Below, in pieces: positions 21,052 through 32,700 of a stretch of 64,000 nucleotides of DNA. A model generated the notes under the pieces. The model was given only the letters and a program-made list of their open reading frames with translations. It searched no databases and was not told the DNA's origin. The stretch is from assembly GCA_050949045.1 (NCBI GenBank), contig JBMNEZ010000001.1:736001-800000 (forward strand), given 5' to 3'. The position numbers and the translations under genes were made by a program. The first letter of the stretch is position 1; each line of letters starts with the position of its first letter. The DNA comes from Candidatus Izemoplasmatales bacterium. GTDB lineage: Bacteria; Bacillota_I; Bacilli_A; Izemoplasmatales; Hujiaoplasmataceae.

Positions 21052-21327
21052 ATGCAAAGACAAGAATTCATCATTGAACTCGGTGGTATCATCGGGACAA
21101 TCCATACCTACACCAGAAATCCATTCATGATCGGCTACACCAAGGAATTGAAAAAAGCAATCAGACAAAACGATCCCGAAACGACAAAACTAGTATTAGA
21201 CAAAGTAATCGACTGGTACAACGAGGAGATCGACAAGATTGCTAACGATGACTACGTCTTCAACAAAAACATGCACAAAAAGGCGTATGACATCTTGTTG
21301 GAGTATCGCGAATCGCTTGATTCTTGA
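21052..21327 (+). CDS. hypothetical protein, 91 aa
   Basis: ORF with GAGGA RBS-like sequence, 36 nt after the propeptide stop; helical-looking composition. Confidence 0.75.
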   Translation: MQRQEFIIELGGIIGTIHTYTRNPFMIGYTKELKKAIRQNDPETTKLVLDKVIDWYNEEIDKIANDDYVFNKNMHKKAYDILLEYRESLDS

Positions 21328-21559
21328 TTTGACTCGCACTTCTTATAAGTGATAATCGTTTTTGATAACAGTGGTTTTCAAAAACCATTATATCATGTGT
21401 GAATGATTTATCACAACAACTTCATATCCTTTCTGCCGACCATATGAATTAATACTTGCTCGAATGGCAAGCGGTTCTTGGACAAAAGAAAACAGCACAA
21501 GAGCCTTTTTGCCATCTATGGCGAACAAAAACCACAGACTGATCTGTGGTTGTTTTTTT

Positions 21560-21634
21560 TGGCAGGGCTAGAGAGGGTCGAACTCTCGGTCTCGGAGTCA
21601 GAATCCGATGCCTTAACCACTTGGCTATAGCCCA
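21560..21634 (-). tRNA. tRNA-Gln(CTG)
   Basis: Cloverleaf TGGGCTATAGCCAAGTGG...TCGGA-TTCTGAC-TCCGA...GTTCGA...GCCA. Confidence 0.95.
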
Positions 21635-21641
21635 GTCAAAC

Positions 21642-21724
21642 TGGTGCGGTTGATGGGATTTGAACCCACACGTCAAGGACACTACCTCCTGAGGGTAGCG
21701 CGTCTGCCGTTCCGCCACAACCGC
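21642..21724 (-). tRNA. tRNA-Leu(CAG)
   Basis: GCGGTTGTGGCGGAA...CTACC-CTCAGGA-GGTAG, long variable arm, GTTCAA, ACCA end. Confidence 0.95.
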
Positions 21725-21820
21725 CTTCAGTAACATTAATGATTATACCATAAAGATCGGGAAAGAAAAGCCAAAAAAATGGGGATTTCCGGGAAAAATC
21801 CTTTAGTATTCCGCTAAACT

Positions 21821-23368
21821 ATGATATTATTCATATGCATTGATACAAACCATCGAAAGGCGGGTTGTACCAAATTGAAAGATGAACGGCAGTATAAAAC
21901 CCCTTTTTTCACCAAACTGAAGGCTTATGGGACCAGTGACGTATCGCCGCTTGATGTCCCCGGGCATAAGCTCGGGAAAATCAAGAACGATCTGATGGAT
22001 TTCACGGGACAAGCAGTCTTTACGCTTGATGCCAACGCCCCGATCGGGCTCGACACGCTAGGCAAACCTCAAGGCGTGATCAAAGAGGCAGAGAAATTGA
22101 TGGCTTACGCCTGCGGCGCCGACAAAAGCTATTTTCTGACTAACGGCACCTCTGTCGGCATCTTGGCAATGATCATGTCGACCTGCCGGGCAAACGAAAA
22201 GATAATCCTTCCGCGAAACGTCCACAAATCAGTGATTAACGGGTTGATCCTCAGTGGCGCTATCCCGATCTTTGTCAAACCGGACATCGATATCGAACTC
22301 GGGATCGCCAACGGCGTCTTCTTCGAATCCTATGAAGAAGCAATTAAAAACCACCCTGACGCAAAAGCGGTTTTTGTGATCAACCCCACCTATTTTGGAA
22401 TCACCTCAGACCTTGCCAGAATCACCGATTTCGCTCATGAAAACGATATGGTCGTCCTTGTGGATGAAGCTCATGGGGCCCAGTTTTATTTCTCTGAAAA
22501 GTTGCCGCTGACGGCGATGGCTGCCGGAGCCGACATCAGTTCCATCTCAATGCATAAGACCGCCGGCTCATTGACCCAGAGTTCGGTGTTGCTGACAAAA
22601 GGAAAACGCGTCAACCAAATCCGGCTCCGGACAACCCTGAACATGCTTCAAAGCACTTCTCCGAACTCGATTTTGATCGCCAGTCTTGATGTTGCCAGAA
22701 AAACGATGTATTTTGAAGGAGAGCGTCGAATTAACAAACTCCTAGCCATGGCAGAGGGAACAAAAAATATGCTCAAACAGATACCCGGTCTCAAAATTAT
22801 CGACAGCGAGTATCTCAAGAATCGCCCTGGTTTCAATCTCGACCTGACCAAAATCGTCATCAAAGTCTCTGGCCTTGGCTTATCCGGATTTGAAGTGATT
22901 CAGAAACTGCGCAAGCGTTTCAATATCCAGATGGAACTAGCTGAATCCCATATCGTGCTGGCTGTTCTAACCATCGGCACCACCAAGGACGATCTAGACC
23001 GTCTGGTTAACGCCTTTAAGGAGCTTTCACATCAATACTACAAAGTCAGGAAACAATTGCCAAAAACTAAGTTCATCTATCAGTTCCCCGAAGCCTTTGC
23101 CCGCCCCCGTGATGCCTATCACGCCCCGAGGCTTCATGTGCCACTTGAAGAAGCGTATGATGAGATCTGTGCCGAATCGATCATGATCTATCCTCCGGGC
23201 ATTCCTTTTGTCATCCCCGGTGAAATCATCACGAAAGAAGTCATCAACGATATCAAACACTACCTGAAAAAAGGGGCTGTCATTCACAGTGAACTTGACA
23301 ATGGCTACATCAAGATCATTGATAAGGAACACTGGATCAAATGGGAAGGTGAAGACAATGAGTTTTGA
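21821..23368 (+). CDS. speA: Orn/Lys/Arg decarboxylase, probably arginine decarboxylase
   Basis: VPGHK, PRNVHKS, VDEAHGA, SMHKT PLP lysine, YPPGIP; coupled to agmatinase. The true start may be slightly downstream. Confidence 0.85.
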   Translation: MILFICIDTNHRKAGCTKLKDERQYKTPFFTKLKAYGTSDVSPLDVPGHKLGKIKNDLMDFTGQAVFTLDANAPIGLDTLGKPQGVIKEAEKLMAYACGADKSYFLTNGTSVGILAMIMSTCRANEKIILPRNVHKSVINGLILSGAIPIFVKPDIDIELGIANGVFFESYEEAIKNHPDAKAVFVINPTYFGITSDLARITDFAHENDMVVLVDEAHGAQFYFSEKLPLTAMAAGADISSISMHKTAGSLTQSSVLLTKGKRVNQIRLRTTLNMLQSTSPNSILIASLDVARKTMYFEGERRINKLLAMAEGTKNMLKQIPGLKIIDSEYLKNRPGFNLDLTKIVIKVSGLGLSGFEVIQKLRKRFNIQMELAESHIVLAVLTIGTTKDDLDRLVNAFKELSHQYYKVRKQLPKTKFIYQFPEAFARPRDAYHAPRLHVPLEEAYDEICAESIMIYPPGIPFVIPGEIITKEVINDIKHYLKKGAVIHSELDNGYIKIIDKEHWIKWEGEDNEF

Positions 23369-24224
23369 GAAAGTCGATCTTTCGTTTCAAAGCTGCCACT
23401 CCAAATACAAAGACGCTGACGTCGTCATTTTCGGCGCTCCGCTTGACGCCACTACTTCGTTTCGACCGGGGACACGGTTCGCCGGAAACGCGATCAGAGT
23501 CGATTCCATCGGGATCGAGTGGTATTCCCCCTATCAAAATCTGAACCTGAGAAGTTTCAAGACCGCTGACATCGGTGACCTGGAACTGCCGATGGGCGAT
23601 GTCGAAGCCGCCCTTGAAGTGATCGAGCAATCTGTTGAGCGAATTCTCGCGGATAATAAGAAACTGGTAATGATCGGCGGCGAACACTTGGTGACCTATC
23701 CCGTCATCAAGGCGCTGGCACGAGTCTATCCCGATCTTCATCTCATCCACCTTGATGCCCATGCCGACCTCCGAGATTCTTTCCTGGGAAGCAGGCTCTC
23801 GCATGCGACCGTCATCAGAAGATGCCATGATATCTTGGGAGACGGACGCATCCATCAATTCGGCATCCGCAGCGGTGATGAAAATGAGTTTTCTTGGTCA
23901 GATTCCGGCCACACCCTAATGAGGCGCTATGATTTGGCGGGAATCAAGGAAGCCATCGCCAAGATCAATCCCGCTCCCGTATATGTAACCATCGATCTCG
24001 ACGTCCTTGATCCATCGGTCTTTCCCGGAACCGGAACGCCAGAGGCGGGAGGCGTCACCTATAAAGAGCTGCTTATGGCGATCATGGACTTTCAAAGCAT
24101 CGATAGGCTTGTCGGGGCCGATATCGTCGAACTCAGCCCTATGCTCGACCCTTCGGGAGTCTCCACAGCCGTTGCGGCCAAAACCCTGAGGGAGCTCGTG
24201 CTCCTTCTTCATAACAAAAAATAA
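23358..24224 (+). CDS. speB: agmatinase
   Basis: GGEH, DAHAD, SHAT, DLDVLDP, GTGTPEAGG motifs; ATG at 23358. Confidence 0.93.
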   Translation: MSFEKVDLSFQSCHSKYKDADVVIFGAPLDATTSFRPGTRFAGNAIRVDSIGIEWYSPYQNLNLRSFKTADIGDLELPMGDVEAALEVIEQSVERILADNKKLVMIGGEHLVTYPVIKALARVYPDLHLIHLDAHADLRDSFLGSRLSHATVIRRCHDILGDGRIHQFGIRSGDENEFSWSDSGHTLMRRYDLAGIKEAIAKINPAPVYVTIDLDVLDPSVFPGTGTPEAGGVTYKELLMAIMDFQSIDRLVGADIVELSPMLDPSGVSTAVAAKTLRELVLLLHNKK

Positions 24225-24250
24225 AGGAAACCGGTCGGTTTCCTTTGTTT
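24224..24250. terminator. intrinsic terminator after speB
   Basis: AAAGGAAACCGGTCGGTTTCCTTT hairpin followed by a T-rich tail. Confidence 0.75.
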
Positions 24251-24412
24251 TTGTTTGTCAGGCGTTTTGATCTCTGAAAAATCTGGTGGAAGCGTTCATC
24301 CCCGCAAAATGCTTTGTAAGACGAAGGGTGTCTTTCGGAATGGAGATAACACCAGAAAACGGCGGTGTAGGCTAAGGATGGAAGATCAGAAACAAAAGAC
24401 TTGATTAATTGA

Positions 24413-24724
24413 TCAGAGGTTAAATACAAGGATCAGAACATTGACGATGGCGATGATGACCATCGCGAGGGTCCACGTCGCTGTCTTTTTCTCATCCTTT
24501 TCCAGCGCTGAGCGCAGTCCGAGGAACACTTCGATGGCGAGGATCAATCCCAACCCAATCGGTTTTGGCATGATTGTCCCCGGCCCGCCGGAATCGCTGA
24601 TCTGCATCACAAGATGATCAGCGGGAAGCACAAAAAAAAGGCTGACGTTGAAAGCGATAGCGACGGCGATGAAGAGATAACCGATGATTTTTCTTTTCAA
24701 TTTCCCACCCCGCTCAAACGGCAT
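24413..24724 (-). CDS. small membrane protein (3 TM)
   Basis: Three hydrophobic segments; true start may be TTG near 24700. Confidence 0.65.
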   Translation of the reverse strand: MPFERGGKLKRKIIGYLFIAVAIAFNVSLFFVLPADHLVMQISDSGGPGTIMPKPIGLGLILAIEVFLGLRSALEKDEKKTATWTLAMVIIAIVNVLILVFNL

Positions 24725-24860
24725 CTCAACTGCCTATCCACAAAAACCAACTTAGGAATACTGTGAAAAAACCACGCAAGCACGAATCAATGAAAGATCG
24801 CCTTTGCGATCTTGCCTAGTAGCACTGAGCATTCAAAACGCCAGTTTGAACTTGCGCTTC

Positions 24861-25406
24861 CTAATCATCATTTAGTAGCATTCCCAGATCCAATCTGATC
24901 TCTTTCGTCAGAACATCCAGGTTGCTATAGCAATACAAGTCTATCCCGAAAAACTCGTATCCCTGTTCAAGGTAGAAGGTGATCGCCTTGACGTTGGTCA
25001 ATTCGGTTTCCAGGATGATCGCTCTCGCCTTACAGGCTTTTGCCTTCATCAAGGCGAAATCCATCAATTGCTTGCCAATGCCGTGTTTTCGATGGTCGGG
25101 TTCGACCCAGAGTTCGGTCACGCGGAGCCGGTTGTTCCATTTTTCGTGGTTGATCTCGATCAAGCCGATCAATTTTTCGGCGTCAAAGATGCCGTAGGCT
25201 TCCGCATCCGGATAATAATCCGGATACAGTGAAATCGTGAAAGATTTCTCAACCGCCGATGGCAGGGCATGCTTGACAAGCGAAAAAGCGAAGCCGTCAG
25301 CGCCTGATGTTTGAACCAAAGCATAATAGGCATCCGTCTCATAGTTTACTTGAATTGTGTATCCCTGATACAAAGCCTTGTCCAATGCTACAATCACGTT
25401 AATCAT
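24861..25406 (-). CDS. GNAT family N-acetyltransferase (streptothricin acetyltransferase-like)
   Basis: LWVEPDHRKHGIGKQLM motif A; N.KAITFY...GY. Confidence 0.85.
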   Translation of the reverse strand: MINVIVALDKALYQGYTIQVNYETDAYYALVQTSGADGFAFSLVKHALPSAVEKSFTISLYPDYYPDAEAYGIFDAEKLIGLIEINHEKWNNRLRVTELWVEPDHRKHGIGKQLMDFALMKAKACKARAIILETELTNVKAITFYLEQGYEFFGIDLYCYSNLDVLTKEIRLDLGMLLNDD

Positions 25407-25502
25407 CCCGAATCTTATGATAATAATCTAATAATGTAAACTACCACAATCAAAAAGAAAAAACAAGTACGGCACTTGTTTTTTTATATCATGATCCGGC
25501 GG

Positions 25503-26684
25503 TTAAATCACTTTTAGTTTTCTGCCTACCTTACTGAAAGCTTCGAGAGCGAAGTCGAGGTCAGCTTTTTCATGCATCGCGCTGATCATCACCCTGAGTC
25601 TGCCTTTCCCCTTGGGAACGGTTGGATAGACGATGCCCGATACAAAGACACGCTCTTCAAGCAAGGCTTTCGAGAACGCCATCGTTTTGGCTTCATTGCC
25701 GATCATCACCGGTGTGATCGGCGTTTCGCTATGGCCGATGTCAAACCCGAGATTGCGCATGCCGGCTTTAAAATAGAGGGCATTTGTCCAGAGTCTCTTG
25801 GTGTGTTCCTCGCTTTCCATCAACAGTTTGACAGATTCGATTATCGCACCGACCGCCGCTGGCGGTAATGCCGTCGAGAACAACAGCGGCCGAGCCCGAT
25901 GGAGAAGCCAAGTTTTAACATTGGCTTTGCAGGCGAGATAGCCGCCGACAACCCCGATCGCTTTCGAAAGTGTTCCCACGATGAAGTCCACCTTCCCGTG
26001 AAGGTGGAAGTGATCGACGGTCCCTCTTCCGGATCTGCCCAGAACACCACTGCCATGAGCGTCGTCGACATAGGTCAGGCAGTTATACTTTTCCGCGATC
26101 TTGACGATCTCCGGCAGTTTTGCCAGATCGCCATCCATGGAAAACACGCCGTCGGTGATGATGAGAATGCGGTTATAATTCTTGCGGTTCGTAGATACGA
26201 TCCGCTCAAGATCAGACATATCGGAATGCTTGAACACCGCTTTATCGGCTCTTGACAATCTCGTTCCGTCGATGATCGAGGCATGGTTCAATTCGTCGGA
26301 AACGATCAAGTCGCCTTTTTCAACGATTGCCTGAATCGTTCCGATGTTGCAGTTCAAACCGGATTGGAAACAGACGACGGCTTCTTCTTCCTTGAACTTC
26401 GCCAGCAGGGCTTCGAGTTCTTCGAGGATGTCTTGATTGCCGACGATGGTCCTGACCGCTCCCGCTCCGGCTCCGTATTTTTCGATGGCCGCAATCGCCT
26501 GCGCCTTGACGCGCGGATGGTTTGCCAAACCGAGGTAGTTGTTCGAGGACAGATTGACAACCTGACGATGGTCGAGATCGATGATGTTTGCGCAAGGGCC
26601 GTAATTGACCGGCAACTCGCGATATACGCCATCGTCTTTCAACTCTTGGATTCGCTTGTCGATATAATCAAGTTTGTTATTCAT
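25503..26684 (-). CDS. kbl: glycine C-acetyltransferase (2-amino-3-ketobutyrate CoA ligase)
   Basis: [42 protein letters not shown]; coupled to tdh. Confidence 0.93.
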   Translation of the reverse strand: MNNKLDYIDKRIQELKDDGVYRELPVNYGPCANIIDLDHRQVVNLSSNNYLGLANHPRVKAQAIAAIEKYGAGAGAVRTIVGNQDILEELEALLAKFKEEEAVVCFQSGLNCNIGTIQAIVEKGDLIVSDELNHASIIDGTRLSRADKAVFKHSDMSDLERIVSTNRKNYNRILIITDGVFSMDGDLAKLPEIVKIAEKYNCLTYVDDAHGSGVLGRSGRGTVDHFHLHGKVDFIVGTLSKAIGVVGGYLACKANVKTWLLHRARPLLFSTALPPAAVGAIIESVKLLMESEEHTKRLWTNALYFKAGMRNLGFDIGHSETPITPVMIGNEAKTMAFSKALLEERVFVSGIVYPTVPKGKGRLRVMISAMHEKADLDFALEAFSKVGRKLKVI

Positions 26685-26685
26685 T

Positions 26686-27762
26686 TTAAATCTCCTCTGG
26701 AAACAAGATGATTTTGCCACAGTTTCTGCTGCTCATGATCTCGGCGGCCTCATTGATTTTGCTCATGGGGAATTGGTGGGTGATGATCTGGTCGAGATGG
26801 AGTTTGTTACTGCCGACCAGCTCGCTGACCTTATACCAGGTATCATAGATTCTTCTACCCACCACACCGTAGATGTTGATTCCCTTGAAAACGATGTCCG
26901 TCGCAAAATCAAGGCAGATCGGCTCCGCGGGGATGCCGAGCAACGACAGGCCGCCTCCGGCTTTCAAATACTTGAAGGCCGTTTCAATGGCGCCCTTGTT
27001 TCCGGAGAATTCACCGATGACATCGACGCCGGAGCCATCAGTCAAACGCATCACTTCTTGATACGGGTCCGCCACCAAAGGGTTGACGACGTAGTCGGCA
27101 CCGATTGATTTTGCCAGATTGCGTCTGAATTCATTGACTTCAATCGCGATGACGAGCTTTGCGCCTTCCGCCTTGGCAACATCGACTCCCAAAAGGCCGA
27201 TCGGACCGCAGCCGAGAACAACGACCGTTTTGTCCTTTATCGGAAAATGAAGCATTGTATGGACCGCATTGCCAAGCGGCTCTTGAATGGAAAGGTGTAG
27301 TCGGTTTTGCTTGCTGTCGTTTATGAAGCAGTTTGCTTCGGGGATCTTGATGTAATTGGCAAAACAGCCGTCGGTATCGATGCCGATGATCTTGGTGTTC
27401 TTGCAGATATGCCCCTCGCCGCGCTTACAGAATTCGCATTCGCCGCAAATGATATGGGTTTCAGCGCTGACGATGTCACCCACTTTCACTCTGGTGACAT
27501 GGCTGCCGGTTTTGATAATTTCGCCACTGAATTCATGCCCGGTGGTTAGAGGAAGTTTCAAGCGTCCTTGTGCCCATTTGTCCCACAAATAGATGTGGTG
27601 ATCGGTTCCGCAAAACGAAGCGGTCAAGACTTTGACAAGCACTTCATGAGGACCGAGGATCGTGGAAATAGTCTTTTTTTGATACGAAAATCCCACTGCG
27701 GTTTTGTCTTTGACCACTGCCATCATGGTCAGTTCATCTGGTAAATGCGAGGACTTTGTCAT
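26686..27762 (-). CDS. tdh: L-threonine 3-dehydrogenase
   Basis: CGTD.HIY.W, GHEFSG, CxxCxxC zinc site, [15 protein letters not shown]. Confidence 0.93.
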   Translation of the reverse strand: MTKSSHLPDELTMMAVVKDKTAVGFSYQKKTISTILGPHEVLVKVLTASFCGTDHHIYLWDKWAQGRLKLPLTTGHEFSGEIIKTGSHVTRVKVGDIVSAETHIICGECEFCKRGEGHICKNTKIIGIDTDGCFANYIKIPEANCFINDSKQNRLHLSIQEPLGNAVHTMLHFPIKDKTVVVLGCGPIGLLGVDVAKAEGAKLVIAIEVNEFRRNLAKSIGADYVVNPLVADPYQEVMRLTDGSGVDVIGEFSGNKGAIETAFKYLKAGGGLSLLGIPAEPICLDFATDIVFKGINIYGVVGRRIYDTWYKVSELVGSNKLHLDQIITHQFPMSKINEAAEIMSSRNCGKIILFPEEI

Positions 27763-27980
27763 TTTTGGTTAAGACTCCTTATGGGTTAGACATAAAAACG
27801 CTTACACCATTAATAATTATATCATATGCTTGTAATAATAACTAGATTTTTCACTGTCTAACATGTTTTTTTCGAGTGAAATATTCGATAAATATTATAA
27901 TTATTTTATTGTGATTAAGTTTTCTTGACACGAATAAACTTATTGATATAATAATGATATAAATATATTTGGGTGATAGG

Positions 27981-29183
27981 ATGTTTATCTCTGGCTTCAA
28001 GAAAGTCCTAATGCTTTTTAACAAGTTTTCTAATATCACTTCTTTTATTGTTGACAAGGATGACGAAATCATCTTCAGCACTTTTGGCGTAAAGAAAGGC
28101 GATCGACTTCCGATTCTTCATCATCTGAAGAACGTTGTGATTAATATCGATGTCCCGCTGTTGGTCGTGTATAACGGGCTTGAGATGTTTGGCGTCATTG
28201 CTCAAGATGCCTCCCCGGACGCTGACAGAGTGATCATCGGACCGGTGTTGTTGGTGAAACCTTTAGCGTCAAAAACTCTCAGTTTCTTATCTGTTTCCCC
28301 TTATGTGTCTGAAGAAAAAATCCGTAATGTCATCAAAAACATTCCACTGCTCAGTTCTGACAAATTTGTGTATTATCTCGAAATTCTGTTTTTCTCTCTC
28401 ACGGGACGCTTCTCGCATTTCGACAAGATTCTCGATGGCAAACTTGTCATCACTTGCATTCCTGAGAATCTAAAAATAAATTTGCCCGAGGTGTTGTTTG
28501 AGGGAGATATTTCCGATTATGATTCGTACGCCCAAGAAATAAACAAACTCTATGAACTGGTGAAGGAAGGCAATGTTAGCGATTTGGAAACAATGTTGGA
28601 TAGTTCTCTACTGATAAGAAGCCATTTCACAGAGTCCAGCAAAAAAAACTACACAACATTTGTCGCTTCAACCGCTTTTTTTGGAAAAGCCGCTCTTGAT
28701 TCAGGTGTTGGATACTCAGAAGTTTATTCTATCGGTTCGACTCTTGTTAGGCGCGCGGAATTATTTAACAACGCCAGTGAATTTTTTTATTTGTTGCATC
28801 GGATGATTCTCGGATTCGCGACCCGCGTCCAAGAGGAAAATCTGCGGAAGCGTCGCCATCAGTCGATCAATATGGCTATCGATTATATCGACAAAAGCCT
28901 TAACTTTCCTCTTGCTTTGAATGATGTTTCCAAATACGTCAACCACTCAAGGTCATACTTCTCCCAACTGTTCTCCAAAGAAATGGGGATTTCACTTCAA
29001 ACCTACATCAATAAAAAGAAAATCGAAGAAGCCGAACGGCTTCTACAATTCTCCTCAATGTCGATTAAAGAGATCAGCAACTCGCTCGCTTTCTGTTCCC
29101 AGAGTTATTTCACAGAAGTGTTCAAATCGGTGACCAACACTACTCCGATCGCTTATCGAAAACAGTTTCGCGAAGAAAAATAA
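27981..29183 (+). CDS. AraC family transcriptional regulator
   Basis: C-terminal double HTH (SRSYFSQLFSKEMG...FCSQSYFTEVFK...TPIAYR); divergent from tdh-kbl. Confidence 0.9.
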   Translation: MFISGFKKVLMLFNKFSNITSFIVDKDDEIIFSTFGVKKGDRLPILHHLKNVVINIDVPLLVVYNGLEMFGVIAQDASPDADRVIIGPVLLVKPLASKTLSFLSVSPYVSEEKIRNVIKNIPLLSSDKFVYYLEILFFSLTGRFSHFDKILDGKLVITCIPENLKINLPEVLFEGDISDYDSYAQEINKLYELVKEGNVSDLETMLDSSLLIRSHFTESSKKNYTTFVASTAFFGKAALDSGVGYSEVYSIGSTLVRRAELFNNASEFFYLLHRMILGFATRVQEENLRKRRHQSINMAIDYIDKSLNFPLALNDVSKYVNHSRSYFSQLFSKEMGISLQTYINKKKIEEAERLLQFSSMSIKEISNSLAFCSQSYFTEVFKSVTNTTPIAYRKQFREEK

Positions 29184-29207
29184 AAAAGACTTAGTGAGTG
29201 CCCCCTT

Positions 29208-29242
29208 AAGAGTAGAGCCCCAAAAAAGGGCTCTACTCTTTT
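29208..29242 (+). terminator. intrinsic terminator after the AraC gene
   Basis: AAGAGTAGAGCCC-CAAAAAA-GGGCTCTACTCTT hairpin. Confidence 0.75.
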
Positions 29243-29415
29243 CTCATTGTCTTATATTGTTATATAATTCTATCCAATGTTTAACTATAATCTATTAGAG
29301 TCTTCATCGTCAGACTATTATCATTTTCACTGCTAATAAGCGGTATTTCATGCTTATGCAATAGGAAACTATAAAAAGAAAGTTTAATACCGGACATTAA
29401 ACTTCCATTATTCTC

Positions 29416-29614
29416 TGGAGTCATGTTTTACCTTAAAGGTATAGTAAAAAAACATACATTTGAGCAAAACTACTAAAAAATCCGTTAGCCTACCTTTTGG
29501 GGTATTCTTGGGTTTTTTAGAGGAAAATCGTCGACAACAAAGGCATTTTCATAAACTGATAAAAAAGGCTTTTATCATATCTTTTGAAGGAAAATAGGGG
29601 AAAATCGAACTCTA
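29416..29614 (-). repeat. conserved ~200-bp cassette-end arm, copy A
   Basis: Aligns by eye with 35614-35805, 46443-48813 (IS removed) and 61392-61504; shares AAAAGGTA.GCTAACGGATTTTTT.AGTA with the 61.4-kb copy. Confidence 0.85.
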
Positions 29615-29779
29615 ATCATTAGTTAATAAATTTGTACCTGTAATATATAATTATCTATGAAAAGCCAACTATTAATTAAAAATCAAATACTTTAAAAAAC
29701 AGTTGGCTTTTTATTAAATACTTTTCATTTACATTATAGTTAAAACAATAAACATAAATTAAGAAGATTTTTTAAAAAA

Positions 29780-32700
29780 TTATTGCTCAGTCCAAATTAC
29801 CGGAACACCATCAACATAACGCCAATGTGATCCATCCATATTACTTTCTTCACTATACCAATAAACTGGACGATCGCTTGAGTTCCATGAATAAGTCCAA
29901 TAATCTGGTTTTTCTGTTGCTTCTGCATAAATAATTAATTTGGGACAATGCTCAAAAGCGTTATAGCTAATATTTTGAACTTTTTTAGGAATGATAATCA
30001 CTTCTAAAGCTCTATTCCAACCAAATGCTTTTTCCCCAATATAGCTAAGATTGTTACTTAATTTTATGGTCTTTAAGTATGATTCAAAAAATGCATATTC
30101 TTCAATGGTTTTTATATTATCATCAAGTTCTATACTATCAACATTCTTTAAACCATAAAATGCACATTCTCCTATTATAGTAACAGTTTGTGGAATATCA
30201 GTTGTTTTAATACCTAAAATTAAAGTTTTACTAGCTTTTTTAACGATCCCATTACAATTATCTCTTGAATCATAAACTTTATTATCCGGATCAACTACTA
30301 CAGTTGATAACAAGTGGCATTTCGAAAATGCTAATATATCAATAAACATTACACCACTACCTATTGAAATTGAAGTTACTTCTGAACAACAATAAAAGGC
30401 CATTGTTTCAATAGCTTTAACGCTATTTGGTATAACTATTTTAGATATACCGCTACATGCTTCAAAAGCACTCGTACCAATCACAACCAATCCACTACCA
30501 AAAGTTAAATCTTCTAATGCCATACATTGTGTAAAAGCCGATTGACCAATATATGAAACAGCATCGGGAATTTTTATTTGTTCTAATTTAAAACAACTCT
30601 TAAATAGCATACTATCTATATAATTAATATTTTTAGATAGAGTCGCAGATACTAAATTATAACAATCACTAAACGCTTGTGAGCCAATTTTAGTTACGGT
30701 ATCGGGAATCATAATTGATTCTAATGATGTTTTATAAAAAGCACCCTTACCAATAGTAATTACTCCATCTGGAATAGTTATTGATGTTATTTTGCTTTCT
30801 CCAAAAGCATAATCTCCAATGTGGACCACTCCTGCAGGAATAGTTGTATTTTTAAATCCACATATTAAAGTTCCTGTTGTTTTATCAATTAGTGCCGTTT
30901 TATTTGGTGCTGAATATCTATTATTTCCTGAATCAACAGTAATATTAGTTATAGAGTCACATCTATAAAATGCCCCTTCTCCAATATAAATAACGCCTTT
31001 TGGAATAGCTACATTTTTTAAAGATTCACATTGGTTAAATGCGTATGAAGCAATTATTTTTGTATTAGGATGGATGTTTACCGTGTCAAATTGAGTAGTA
31101 TTAATTAACTCATCAGTGGCATTCAATAAATAAAAATGTGGATTGTCGATACTACCTATATAATAAGCATTATCATATTTTGTTTTCGTTAAAGTGTCTG
31201 TATTAGGAAAAGTATCATTTCCAATATATTCAATACCATTAGATAAATGAACCGTGCGTAAATTATAACATTCTGTAAATACATTAGATCCAATATATTT
31301 TATGGCACTTTCTTCAGCGAATGAAAAAGATGTAATTGATGAATTTGAAAAGGCTCTATTTTCTATTCTTATAACTGTTTTAGGAATTACAATTGGACCT
31401 ATTTTAGTACAGTGAGAAAACGCATTTTCACCTATTATTTGTACACCTTTACCAAAATTAATTGTGTCTAAAGTTGATGAATATAGAAAAGCTTGATCTC
31501 CAATTATCTTACATTTATCATGGATTTCAATTTTGTTTTCAGTTGCCAAATTCATTTTAACAAAAACTAAATAAGGGTTAGTTGCACTTCCTATATATTT
31601 TCCATTTTTATAATCAGTAAACATATGATCTCCCGTATTCGAAAGTGCGCTAAATCCAAATTTTTCAAGTCCGTCTGGTAAAGTAATTGATTCTAACGAA
31701 CCACATTGACTAAAAGCGTAAGAATCTATTGTAGTTAAACCTTCCGGTAAATTAATAGATGATAAATTCTTACATGAACTAAAGGCGTTATTACCAATTT
31801 TCTTTAAGCCATTACCTAATTTAACGGTTGTTAAATTGGAACATGCTGAAAAGGCATATTCTTTAATTTCTACTACGCTATCCGGGACTACTAAAGTCAT
31901 TATTTTTTTATTGCTAAAAAAAGCACCGTATTCAATTGAAATAATCGGTTTATTCTTATAAAGTGCAGGAATTACAACATGATTATCTAAGCCATAGTAT
32001 TTATATACCGCATAACCTTCTCCTAAATCAATAAATGCATAATCTTGTGCTATTTCCTCACCAGATCTAAATACTGCAGTATATTCAATATTATCATAAA
32101 CTGTATTTGGCACAGGAGACCATTCTTTAAAATAGTAATCACCTGGTCTTGTTGGAAGTTTGCCATCATATGATGGCATTACTCCAAAAGGAACATTAGT
32201 ATCTTTTTCTAATATTGTACCGTCATAATTTTTCCATATTACTGTATATTTATTAGGGTCTTGAGTTAAATCCTTAAATTTAACTGTTACTATATGATCT
32301 TTAGAAACTACTAACTCATAAGTTTCATCCCCATCTAAGTCAATAACTTTATTATCTACTTTAAACTCATCAACTTCCTTTCCATCTGGAATATCAATAA
32401 AAATATTTACTGTCATACCTTTTTCAATATTAAGTAAAGGATCATCTGAAGTTAAATGTTCGCCTAGTGTAACACTAAACTTATCTTTCTGTGTCTCTTG
32501 AATATTTTTAAATTTGATTGAAATTTTTAACCCTTCTTCAATCTTAACCGTAAACTTATTATCAACAACAATTGATGTTTTATCAATTCCATTAATTGTA
32601 AGTTTATCTAATTCCTTTCCTACTTCTGGCGTAATTAAAAACTCAACATTTTTGTTTATTTCTAATTTTTCAGGATCTAATTTTTCATCAGCAAGTGATA

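Noticed and set aside
21449..21736. 95-aa ORF over the tRNA-Gln/Leu genes (and similar ORF 37413-37601)
   Set aside because: Spurious frames overlapping clear tRNA genes.
24270..24400. Possible structured ncRNA between speB and the small membrane gene
   Set aside because: Only short pairings (CTGGTG/CACCAG) are visible and no known RNA family motif; it cannot be supported without a covariance search.
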